Source of the DNA: Verrucomicrobiota bacterium
GTDB lineage: Bacteria > Verrucomicrobiota > Verrucomicrobiia > Chthoniobacterales > UBA6821
Length of the DNA: 54,620 nucleotides
Direction: 5' to 3'
NCBI GenBank assembly: GCA_037127835.1
Contig: JBAXXS010000002.1
Coordinates: 1 to 54,620 of the forward strand
Shown here: positions 1 through 8,205 of the stretch, in pieces
How positions within the stretch are numbered: the stretch's first letter is position 1
Layout of the letters: each line of letters opens with the position of its first letter
The notes under the pieces: generated by a model
Database searches by the model: none
Seen by the model: only the letters and a program-made list of their open reading frames with translations
Told to the model about the DNA's origin: nothing
Made by a program: the position numbers and the translations under genes

Positions 1-487
1 CGAGACCCTCCCTGTAACCTCAATAGAAGTGTAATACGCATTTTGCATACAAGTTGTGTAAATTGCATGCAAACCAATAGGGAGAAAGCCCACAGGGGTG
101 ATTAGTCTAACTGGCTGCCAATTGCCGAAAATCGGATTCACTCGCCAACTTCTGGCCTGATCAGGTGTGATACTCGACACTTCAGGACTGCTGTTCAGAG
201 AGACAGGCCACTGCATCCCCTCGGGATTTCACTTTATAGAGAACCAAGGGTTCAATATCCCCATTCAATTCCTTGCTTCAGCAGCCATGGGGACATTCTT
301 GGGGAATGATCTGAAGCCATCTCCCATGTAGGATGGCAGGAGAGAGGGGACTCTGATCTCACAGGGATCCGTAACGTATGCGTAGCAACGGCCGGGCTAG
401 CCAAAGGGATTAAAGGGATGGTAAGAAGAAGTCTTTTACTCAGGTTTCAGGTTTGCTTGCCCCCTATCCCCAATACCCTATTTCCCC

Positions 488-1036
488 ATGACTCCCCACG
501 AACAGGCACGTCGGATCGTTGACTATGAAGCCCGTCGGGATGCGGCTGGTCACTTGAAAGTTTATCATCTTCCCTCCGGAGACGGGGGAGGGGAGCGCGA
601 GGTCGCCGGGATCAATGATCGCTATCACCCGGAGGCACTCGATGCGATAGAGAAGCTGATCGCTGCGGAAAAGTACGAGGAGGCGGAGGATGCAGCGGCC
701 GATCATATACGCCATTATACGGACCCCGTGGCGATGCTCTCCGAACTGCCTGCCGTGCAATTCGCCCTGCGGGATGCCGCCTTCAACCGGGGGCCGACCG
801 GTGCGGTGAAGATCCTGCAAGATGCCCTCGGGCTTCCCGCTGACGGGATCGCCGGCCCGAAGACCAAGGAAGCACTGCATGTGGCGGAGAAGAATCCCGC
901 AAAACTGCTCGAAGATCTGCGTGCCTCGCGCGAGAGCTATGAGCGCCGAACGCGCGACGAATCCTCGAAGTTTTGGAACGGGCTTGCCAACCGCTGGGAC
1001 CGCCAGCACGCCGACAGTCTCTCGATGCTTGCATAG
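488..1036 (+). CDS. GH108-like muramidase / peptidoglycan-binding (PG_binding_3) domain protein, phage-lysin-like
   Basis: N-terminus VDYEARRD..G.LKVY..DGGGEREVAGI resembles the GH108 EGGY..DPGG..GI block. C-terminal half FNRGPTGAVKILQDALGLPADGIAGPKTKEAL is a typical PG_binding_3 motif. The antisense ORF 464..1009 is a shadow. Confidence 0.6.
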   Translation: MTPHEQARRIVDYEARRDAAGHLKVYHLPSGDGGGEREVAGINDRYHPEALDAIEKLIAAEKYEEAEDAAADHIRHYTDPVAMLSELPAVQFALRDAAFNRGPTGAVKILQDALGLPADGIAGPKTKEALHVAEKNPAKLLEDLRASRESYERRTRDESSKFWNGLANRWDRQHADSLSMLA

Positions 1037-1105
1037 GGGGATGATAAAATAATTATGGCTCCTCGCTGTTTTCAGTGGCTAAGAGGGAAGACAGAGAAAA
1101 AATAT

Positions 1106-1327
1106 GGAACTCAGAATACCGAGCCTCGGGAGAGGCTGGGATAGACTACCGAAGGTAGCCCAAAAGTGGGGCGAGCGAATCAAACAAAGGAACATATGTT
1201 TCCTGAGTTGGCTTGCCTGGCCGTTGCTTGCCTCGCCGCCTCCTGACGGCCTCGTCCTTCGGACTGCTGCGCAGGCTACATCGTGCCTCCCGGCACTCGA
1301 TGTTCGCAGCCGTTGCATCTGAGTTCC
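1106..1327. mobile_element. MITE-like non-coding element with perfect 10-bp terminal inverted repeat GGAACTCAGA / TCTGAGTTCC
   Basis: ggaactcaga at 1106-1115 and its exact reverse complement tctgagttcc at 1318-1327. The flanks also match (aataT/Gggaactcaga). Internal small hairpins are ctaccGAAggtag and gtgccTCCCggcac. The 14-mer AATATGGAACTCAG recurs at 13071-13084. Confidence 0.5.
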
Positions 1328-1516
1328 CTATTCAAAAAACCCTGTTTGGTTCTTCTAAATCCTTTTCCAAACCAAAGGCCTAGGCGCTGATTGTTTTCGA
1401 TCCAGCAGATTCACCCATTCCAAATAGCGGAGAGCCATAATTATTCTTGTCTAGGATTGAGTTCCCACTTATTTAAAAATGTTTTATTAGTAGTAACCCC
1501 CTATTCCCTAGTTCTC

Positions 1517-2782
1517 ATGTCCACATTCACTAATTTGTTCCGAGGTCGCGACGGCCGAAACCTTCTTGTCACTTTCCTCCTAGTCACGTCGCTCTTTTTT
1601 GTCTGGGGATTCTGTAATGGCCTTCTGGATATCCTGAACAAGCACTTTCAGAACACACTGCATATCAGCAAATTCCAGTCCGGATTTGTTCAGTCGGCCA
1701 ATTTCATTGCCTACTTCCTGATGGCCATCCCGGCGGGCTTGCTAGCTAAAAAGTTTGGTTATAAAGTAGGAATTCTCATCGGTTTGGGTCTGATTGCAGC
1801 CGGGGCTTTCTGGTTCATTCCTGCTGTCCAGATCGGTGCCTACTGGGCATTCCTACTGGGCATTTTCATCATTGCCTCCGGCATGACCACTCTGGAAACC
1901 TTGGCAAATCCGTATGCCACGGTTCTTGGTCCAACGGAGACAGGGGCCCTCCGCATCAATATGGCCCAGACGCTCAATGGTGTGGGAACCACGCTTGGAC
2001 CCTTGATTGGAGGATGTTTTGTCTTTGCGGATCATGCCGCCGGGGCCGGAGAGAATGAAGGGCTCTCCACGCCCTACATAGGCATCGGAGTCCTGGTCCT
2101 GGTTATCTTTGTCGCTTTCCTTCTGGCCTATGTGCCCGACATCCATGCCGAGGAGGAGAATCCCCTGGAGGCATCGGGTCAGGCATCCGTGCCTCTTATC
2201 AAAAGGAAGCACTTCTTGGGCGGTGTCGCTGCCCAGTTTCTTTATATCGCCGCTCAAGTCGGCATTATGAGTTTCATCATTAACTACGTCGTGGAAAATG
2301 TCCCCGGTACCACCGACAAGGCCGGCACACAGTGGTTCGGCCTCGGGATGTTTATCTTCCTCATCGGTCGCCTCTGCGGAAGCGCTGTTGTCGGTGTGGC
2401 CAAGCCACAGTCGGTGCTGGCCGTCTATGCCGTCATCAACGTGCTACTCACCGCAGTCGTGATTCTGGGGCTCGGAAAGATCAGCCTTGTTGCCCTGTTG
2501 GCGATCTTCTTCTTCATGTCGATCATGTTCCCGACGATTTTCGCCCTCGGCATCCATGGGCTTGGTGAACATACCAAGATCGGCTCCTCGCTGATCGTCA
2601 TGGCGATCGTCGGTGGAGCAATTGCTCCCCCTCTCATGGGACGGATCGCCGATCTCTCCAACATGAGGATGGGTTTCTTTATACCGCTTGTCTGCTTTGC
2701 CCTGATAGCCCTCTACGGCCTTTTCTGGGAGCGACTCAGCGGCCATAAGGGAAAGGTCGCCGTGACGGCCGGCGGGCATTAA
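1517..2782 (+). CDS. MFS sugar transporter, FucP / glucose-galactose permease family
   Basis: FVWGFCNGLLDILNKHFQ and about 12 hydrophobic segments are typical of the L-fucose:H+ symporter family. ATG at 1517 (MSTFTNLF) is preferred over the TTG-extended ORF start at 1391. Confidence 0.85.
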   Translation: MSTFTNLFRGRDGRNLLVTFLLVTSLFFVWGFCNGLLDILNKHFQNTLHISKFQSGFVQSANFIAYFLMAIPAGLLAKKFGYKVGILIGLGLIAAGAFWFIPAVQIGAYWAFLLGIFIIASGMTTLETLANPYATVLGPTETGALRINMAQTLNGVGTTLGPLIGGCFVFADHAAGAGENEGLSTPYIGIGVLVLVIFVAFLLAYVPDIHAEEENPLEASGQASVPLIKRKHFLGGVAAQFLYIAAQVGIMSFIINYVVENVPGTTDKAGTQWFGLGMFIFLIGRLCGSAVVGVAKPQSVLAVYAVINVLLTAVVILGLGKISLVALLAIFFFMSIMFPTIFALGIHGLGEHTKIGSSLIVMAIVGGAIAPPLMGRIADLSNMRMGFFIPLVCFALIALYGLFWERLSGHKGKVAVTAGGH

Positions 2783-2838
2783 TCCCTACCCGTAACAAGC
2801 GGGAGGTCATGCGAACGCCCACGAATCCCCCTAGGTGT

Positions 2839-3564
2839 TCAGATATCGAGAGCGAGGAAGTCGCGGACGAAGGCATTGGATTTGCCTGAACGGATTTCCT
2901 CCGGCGTGCCTATTTTTTGGATGCTGCCCTTGTCAAAGATCACGACGCGATTGGCCACCTCGAAAGCCTCTTCCTGATCGTGTGTCACAAAGAGGCTGGT
3001 GAGGCGGGTTCTTTCGTGGAACTCGCCGAGCCAGGTGCGGAGTTCCCGACGGACCTTGGCATCGAGCGCCCCGAAAGGTTCATCCAGTAAGAGAACCTTG
3101 GGCTCCACGGCCAGGGCCCGCGCGAAGGCTATGCGCTGGCGTTGTCCTCCGGAGAGTTGCACAGGGAAGCGGTTCTCCAGACCAGAGAGCTGGATCGTCT
3201 CCAGCAGGGAGAGGACGCGTTCGCGGATCTTTTCTTTCGTAAGGCGTCTGGCCCGCGGAGCGACGCGCAGTCCAAAGGCGATGTTCTCGAAAATAGTCAT
3301 GTGGTTAAAGAGGGCGTAGCTCTGGAAGACAAATCCGGCTTTCCTTTCGTTGGCGCTCTTCATGGTCACGTTCTCCTCCTCGAAGAAAATCTCTCCCTTG
3401 TCTGCAAACTCGAGTCCGGCGATGAGGCGAAGCAGCGTCGTTTTGCCCGAGCCGCTGGGACCGAGGAAGGCAACCATTTCACCTGTCTCGATCTTCAGGC
3501 TGACGTCATTGACTGCGGGGAAGGCCCCGAAGCTCTTGGTGAGTGATGTGATTTCGATGCTCAT
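2839..3564 (-). CDS. cysA: sulfate/thiosulfate ABC transporter ATP-binding protein (short form, no C-terminal regulatory domain)
   Basis: Walker [10 protein letters not shown], signature LSGGQRQR, Walker B LLLDEPF. It is the last gene of the sbp-cysT-cysW operon. Confidence 0.9.
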   Translation of the reverse strand: MSIEITSLTKSFGAFPAVNDVSLKIETGEMVAFLGPSGSGKTTLLRLIAGLEFADKGEIFFEEENVTMKSANERKAGFVFQSYALFNHMTIFENIAFGLRVAPRARRLTKEKIRERVLSLLETIQLSGLENRFPVQLSGGQRQRIAFARALAVEPKVLLLDEPFGALDAKVRRELRTWLGEFHERTRLTSLFVTHDQEEAFEVANRVVIFDKGSIQKIGTPEEIRSGKSNAFVRDFLALDI

Positions 3565-3625
3565 CGGAAAGTTAGGTAATGGGGACTAGGTGATAGGTGA
3601 TGGGGAAGAAGACCTGGGTGTCCGG

Positions 3626-4555
3626 TTATGGAAGGAGGGTTTCAATCGTGGGTTCGAGTAATGAGCGTTGGCCGGCCTCAAACTGGCGACGGTTCTCCCA
3701 TTCGGCGAGGCTCTTGAGGCTCAAAGTGAGAAGGGCCAGAAGTGAGAGTGCTGAAGCGACGGCGAAAGCGGAGGCAAAGAGATAGTCATTATAGAGGCGT
3801 TCGATCTCCAGAGGCATGGTGTTGGTCATGCCGCTGATCTTCGCCGAGACAACGCTGACGGCTCCGAACTCTCCCATGGCGCGGGCATTGCAAAGAATAA
3901 GTCCGTAGAAGAAACCCCAACGGATCTTTGGAAGTGTGATGCGTCGTAGGATTTCAAATCCTCCGGCTCCGAGTGTGAGGGCTGCCTCTTCCTCCTCACA
4001 ACCCTGCGCCTCCATAAGCGGGATCAGGCTTCGTGCCACGAAGGGGAAGGTCACAAAGGTGGTCGCGAGCACCATGCCGGGCAGAGCGAAGATGATCCTA
4101 ATGTCATGGGCCTGTAGCCAGGGCCCCAGATATCCGCGTCGTCCGCAGAGTAGCACATAGATGAGTCCGCCGATGACCGGGGAGACCCAGAGAGGCAGAT
4201 CGATGAGTGCAAGCAGAAGCGCTCGTCCCCAAAATCGAAAGCGTGTGATGGCCCACGCGGCGGCGATTCCGAAGACCGCATTGGCCGGCACTGCAATCAC
4301 GGCCACAAGCATTGTGATCTGGACCGAGTGGAGGATATCCCGGTCGGTAAAGGCACTCAGGAAGGTTTGGAGTCCCTTGGCGAGTGCGCCTTGAAAAACC
4401 ACGATCAGGGGAAGTGCCAGAAAGAGTGTGAAGAAAGCGAGGACAATGCCGATCAGGAGGCGTCGCATCCAGAGGGGTTCTGAGGTAGCCCGGATCAAAC
4501 GGTCTGCCCGATTATCACTGCCGGGGGGATTTCGAAAATCGATGAAACTGGCCAT
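3626..4555 (-). CDS. cysW: sulfate ABC transporter permease CysW
   Basis: Multi-TM permease with an EAA-type loop (EEEAALTLGAGGFEILRRITLP), located between cysT and cysA. Confidence 0.9.
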   Translation of the reverse strand: MASFIDFRNPPGSDNRADRLIRATSEPLWMRRLLIGIVLAFFTLFLALPLIVVFQGALAKGLQTFLSAFTDRDILHSVQITMLVAVIAVPANAVFGIAAAWAITRFRFWGRALLLALIDLPLWVSPVIGGLIYVLLCGRRGYLGPWLQAHDIRIIFALPGMVLATTFVTFPFVARSLIPLMEAQGCEEEEAALTLGAGGFEILRRITLPKIRWGFFYGLILCNARAMGEFGAVSVVSAKISGMTNTMPLEIERLYNDYLFASAFAVASALSLLALLTLSLKSLAEWENRRQFEAGQRSLLEPTIETLLP

Positions 4556-4583
4556 CTTGTAAGGGTGTCAGGTGGAGTAAGGG

Positions 4584-5429
4584 TTAGGAGTGTTTCCGGA
4601 AGCGATTTCCCCACGACTGGAGTTGATTCCCTATTAGGACGATCACTAGTGAGGCGAGCAGCATGGTGAAGCCGATCGCAGCTGCCCCTGTGTAGTCGTA
4701 CTGCTCAAGCTTCGAGACGATCATGAGAGGGGTGATCTCGGTCTTGAACGGAATATTCCCCGAGATGAAGACGATGGATCCGTATTCCCCCACTGCACGG
4801 CCATAGGCCATGATCACGCCTGTGAGCAGCGCGGGGAAGAGTGGAGGGAGAACCACATGACGGATTGTCTGCCAGCGGGTAGCTCCCAGGCACGCGGCGG
4901 CTTCCTCCACGTCGGTGGAGAGCTCTGTGATGACGGGTTGGACGGCACGCACCACGAAGGGAAAGCCGATGAAGGTCATCGCAATAAGGATGCCGAGCGG
5001 TGTGAAGGCAATATGAATGCCGAGGGGAGCGAGAATCTTTCCGATCCATTCGTTCGGAGAATAGAGGGCGGTGAGAGCGATGCCGGCCACGGCGGTGGGG
5101 AGTGCAAAGGGAAGATCTGTGGCCGCTTCCAGAAGCTTGCGACCGGGGAATTCATAACGTGCAAAGATCCAGGCCGCCAGAAATCCGAAGAACCCGTTGA
5201 TAAGAGCCGCGATCAGCGAGAGTCCGAAGCTGATACGATAGGTGGCGACGACCTGAGGATCGGTCACGGTCTCCCAGAAATGGTGCCATCCTCCCGAGAG
5301 GGTCTTGCCGATAAGGGCTGCAAGCGGCACCAGCACGATCAAGGAAAGCCATGTCAGGGTCCACCCAAGACTGAGGTGGAATCCCGGCAGAATATGGCGT
5401 TTTTTATTCATCTGGATCGTGGTGATCAA
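4584..5429 (-). CDS. cysT: sulfate ABC transporter permease CysT
   Basis: Permease with the loop EEAAACLGATRWQTIRHVVLP, paralogous to the downstream CysW. Confidence 0.9.
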   Translation of the reverse strand: MITTIQMNKKRHILPGFHLSLGWTLTWLSLIVLVPLAALIGKTLSGGWHHFWETVTDPQVVATYRISFGLSLIAALINGFFGFLAAWIFARYEFPGRKLLEAATDLPFALPTAVAGIALTALYSPNEWIGKILAPLGIHIAFTPLGILIAMTFIGFPFVVRAVQPVITELSTDVEEAAACLGATRWQTIRHVVLPPLFPALLTGVIMAYGRAVGEYGSIVFISGNIPFKTEITPLMIVSKLEQYDYTGAAAIGFTMLLASLVIVLIGNQLQSWGNRFRKHS

Positions 5430-5439
5430 GCGGGAGGGT

Positions 5440-6264
5440 CTAGATATCTCGGCCCTCGGAGCTGATAGTGCGAAAGAGTGAGAGGATCTGCTTCATGGCG
5501 ACCAGATGAGCCTGAACCTGCTTTCCCAATGGGGCGTAGTGAGGGGTTTCAAAAACGATGGAGAAGGGTTGAGGATGCTGCTCTTGCGGTGCTCCGAGGA
5601 TACCCTGATAGCCACCGAAGATCATCGAGTCACTGGCCGGATGGGTGTCGATTTCCGGACGGACATCGCGAGGTAACACGGACGAAGCAGCTTGAAGTGC
5701 TGGTTCGAGCAGATGGCGGGTAAGCGTATTCCCGTTTACATAGCCGTAGATCCCTTCGCTGGTATCGTCGGTATGGAGAGCGATTATGCCGTCGAATTGT
5801 CTTGCCCGAAGATCCTGTTCCAAGAGACGCACCTCTGGTTCCTCGGCTTCCTGATCTTTGGGCCAGAAACAGCGGTTCAGATCCTTGCCTGATTCCCCTT
5901 CGCGTGTTCCCGCTTCGAATCCCCAGGGATTGCAGACAGGGTAGACAAAGAGTTCGTAGAACTCCGCGATGTGTGGGTTCTTCTCCAGCTCGTGGAGCAG
6001 CTGGATGGCGGCGATCACGCCCGACTGCTCGTCGCCATGGATTCCAGCAAAGATCCCCACCCGGTAGAATGAAGCTGACGAGGGATCGCTCCAGCGGTAG
6101 CGCATGAGGCGACGTCCCTCGGGTCCCTCCTGGACATGACGGGATTCCAGAAATCTGCTATGTGCTGCCAGTTGGTCGCCATACCGAAGAATGGACTCCG
6201 TGCTGCTTACGGACGGTGATGACTGACTTGATGTGATCGTATTGGCAACGGGAGCGATCGTCAT
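5440..6264 (-). CDS. succinylglutamate desuccinylase/aspartoacylase (AstE/AspA, M14-like) family zinc hydrolase
   Basis: GIHGDEQSG (His/Glu zinc ligands), IIALHTDD (second His) and FETP (catalytic Glu) are all present. Gaps to sbp and cysT are only 10-12 nt. Confidence 0.75.
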   Translation of the reverse strand: MTIAPVANTITSSQSSPSVSSTESILRYGDQLAAHSRFLESRHVQEGPEGRRLMRYRWSDPSSASFYRVGIFAGIHGDEQSGVIAAIQLLHELEKNPHIAEFYELFVYPVCNPWGFEAGTREGESGKDLNRCFWPKDQEAEEPEVRLLEQDLRARQFDGIIALHTDDTSEGIYGYVNGNTLTRHLLEPALQAASSVLPRDVRPEIDTHPASDSMIFGGYQGILGAPQEQHPQPFSIVFETPHYAPLGKQVQAHLVAMKQILSLFRTISSEGRDI

Positions 6265-6276
6265 GCGCGTGAACGA

Positions 6277-7320
6277 CTAGTGATTCAGTCCCTTGATGAT
6301 CTGGTCGAAGACCCCGCCGTCCGAGAAGTGGGTCTTCTGGGCCGTTTCCCAACCTCCGAAGTCGGCGATTCGCGTCATCTCCAGAGCATGGAATTGATCG
6401 GTATACTTGGCCATCGCTGTGGAATCTACCGGACGGTAGAAATTCCTCCCGATGATTTCCTGTCCCTCGGGGCTGTAGAGGTACTCGAGGTAAGCGGTTG
6501 ACTCCTTGCGGGTGCTGTGTCGCTCGACATTGCCATCGATGACCGTCACGGGTGGCTCGGCGAGGATGCTGAGGGAGGGAGTCACGATCTCATAGTCGTC
6601 CGGATGGAGCTTCTTTATCATTAGGGCCTCGTTCTCCCAAGAGATGGCAACGTCACCTAGTTTTCTCTCAGTGAAGTTGATGGTGGCAGCTCGAGCCCCG
6701 GCGGGCAGTCCGTTTTTCTGAGCGCTTTTGTAGATCTTGCCTAGGAAGTCATGGATCTTCTGCTCGTCCGCACCGAACTGCTTCTTGGCATAGGACCATG
6801 CGGCCAGGTAGTTCCAGCGGGCTCCGCCGCTTGATTTTGGATTGGGTGTGATCACGGAAACATCTTTCCGGATCAGATCGTCCCAGTCCCTGATGTGCTT
6901 CGGATTTCCTTTGCGTACTAAAAAGACGATCGTCGAGGTATAGGGAGAACTGTTGTTGGGGAGGCGGGATTGCCAGTCTTTAGGAACTAGGGGCTTCTGG
7001 TTATCCACGCTTCCCTTTTCATAGATAGCGTCGATGTCGTAGCCGAGTCCCAGAGTCGCGACATCGGCTTCGCTTCCATCTTGGATAAGACGGGACTGGG
7101 AGGCGGATCCGCCGTTGGATGTGGAGATCGTAATCTCTTCTCCTGTGAGCTTCTTCCAGTGCTTTGCAAATGCCTTGTTATATTCAGCGTAGAGTTCCCG
7201 GGTCGGGTCATAGCTGACGTTGAGCAGCTTCACTTCGTGCGTTCCCTTGGAGCATCCCGTGAATAGCCCCATGATGATGAAGCTGGTCAGAATAATTGCC
7301 GGGAAGCGATGAGTATTCAT
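6277..7320 (-). CDS. sbp: sulfate/thiosulfate-binding periplasmic lipoprotein
   Basis: Lipobox FTGC after a signal peptide starting at MNTHRF (ATG at 7320). Sbp/CysP-like blocks include NGGSASQSR and NPKSSGGARWNYLAAW. Confidence 0.9.
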   Translation of the reverse strand: MNTHRFPAIILTSFIIMGLFTGCSKGTHEVKLLNVSYDPTRELYAEYNKAFAKHWKKLTGEEITISTSNGGSASQSRLIQDGSEADVATLGLGYDIDAIYEKGSVDNQKPLVPKDWQSRLPNNSSPYTSTIVFLVRKGNPKHIRDWDDLIRKDVSVITPNPKSSGGARWNYLAAWSYAKKQFGADEQKIHDFLGKIYKSAQKNGLPAGARAATINFTERKLGDVAISWENEALMIKKLHPDDYEIVTPSLSILAEPPVTVIDGNVERHSTRKESTAYLEYLYSPEGQEIIGRNFYRPVDSTAMAKYTDQFHALEMTRIADFGGWETAQKTHFSDGGVFDQIIKGLNH

Positions 7321-7332
7321 GAGAAGTAAGCC

Positions 7333-7359
7333 GGTCGAATAACGACCATAACGGTCATT
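7333..7359. promoter_or_regulatory. candidate operator: three half-sites GGTCG-N5-CGACC-N5-GGTCA, including AACGACC-N5-GGTCATT
   Basis: ccGGTCGaataaCGACCataacGGTCatt lies just upstream of sbp. The same 7-N5-7 architecture (AACGACC-N5-GATCGTT) occurs at 16573-16591 upstream of cysI. Confidence 0.35.
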
Positions 7360-7423
7360 AATAAGAAAACAATCAAATACGAGCTGAATTGTCATACTGA
7401 AAAGGGGAGGGAGACAGAGGTCC

Positions 7424-7888
7424 CTAGATGCCTTCTCCGTCGAGTCCCTGAATCCGCTTGAGCTCCTCGCGACCGACCGGAGGGGATTTCATGACATCCG
7501 CTAGGGTGGTCTGATCCATGAGATTGGCCACGAGATTGCGCGCAGTCAGCATGACCCGCCTGAACCGGCAGGTCGACTCCTGAGTGCAGCGTTTGTAGTC
7601 GGTTACCGAAACACAAGCGATCGGTGCGAGATAGCCGTCGAAGTGGCGGACGACCTCTCCCATGGTGATCTTTTCGGGAGCTCTGGCCAGCTGGTAGCCG
7701 CCGCGTTTCCCGGCCGTGCTGACGACCCATCCCTTTTCTTTGAGATCGAGCATGATGTGCTCGAGGAAGCGCTTCGGGACATCATTGCGGCGTGCAAGCT
7801 CTAGGATCGGAATGGGTGGGCTACCCCGATGCTCCACCAGTGTGAAGAGTGCCCTGAGGGCATAGTCTGTCCGCATTGAGAGCTGCAT
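7424..7888 (-). CDS. Rrf2 family transcriptional regulator with a three-Cys putative Fe-S ligand motif
   Basis: N-terminal MQLSMRTDYALRALF wHTH signature. C-x8-C-x5-C (IACVSVTDYKRCTQESTC) sits where IscR/NsrR-type cluster ligands lie. The gene is embedded in the sulfur cluster. Confidence 0.85.
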   Translation of the reverse strand: MQLSMRTDYALRALFTLVEHRGSPPIPILELARRNDVPKRFLEHIMLDLKEKGWVVSTAGKRGGYQLARAPEKITMGEVVRHFDGYLAPIACVSVTDYKRCTQESTCRFRRVMLTARNLVANLMDQTTLADVMKSPPVGREELKRIQGLDGEGI

Positions 7889-7939
7889 GGGTGTAATATA
7901 CGCGACCGGAAGCGTAGGGGAAAGACGCAAGACCGTTAA

Positions 7940-8143
7940 AGAGTTGAAGAGTTGAAGGGTTGAACCAAGCCGATGGGAACCGGCGCAAAAGGTTCGTGGG
8001 AACGAAGCTTAGTCATGCCGAAGGCAGTCCGAGCATCGCTCGGATGGCTGATCCGGGAGGATCGACAGACAATAGAATGCCGAAGACATCCCGTAAGGGG
8101 CGGCACAGTTTGTAGGGAGTTAAGTGCCGTCAAAGGTTGAAGG
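7940..8143 (+). repeat. dispersed intergenic repeat, copy A (tandem RGRGTTGA 8-mers followed by a conserved core)
   Basis: It begins agagttga agagttga agggttga acc. The core atagaatgccgaagacatcccgtaaggggcggcac...gtgccgtcaaaggttgaagg matches 48769-48843 closely. About 80 bp are extra relative to copy B. Confidence 0.7.
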
Positions 8144-8205
8144 AACGCTCGTCTCTCCCTTTTTAACATTTTTTAACGGTTCAACACCTCATCCTCACTA
8201 ACCTT

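Noticed and set aside
1079-1322. Two mutually antisense ORFs (79 aa and 72 aa) between the GH108-like gene and the MFS gene
   Set aside because: They coincide exactly with the TIR-bounded 222-bp element and have Arg/Ser/Pro/Leu-rich composition. A non-coding MITE-like element explains them better.
7936-8169. 77-aa ORF, and the 92-aa ORF at 48563-48841, which share peptide strings (QPLTAL..VPPL, QPFN.STL)
   Set aside because: The similarity comes from the shared DNA repeat. The second ORF overlaps the 3' end of the nucleotidyltransferase gene, and the two ORFs have unrelated termini. They are treated as non-coding repeat copies.
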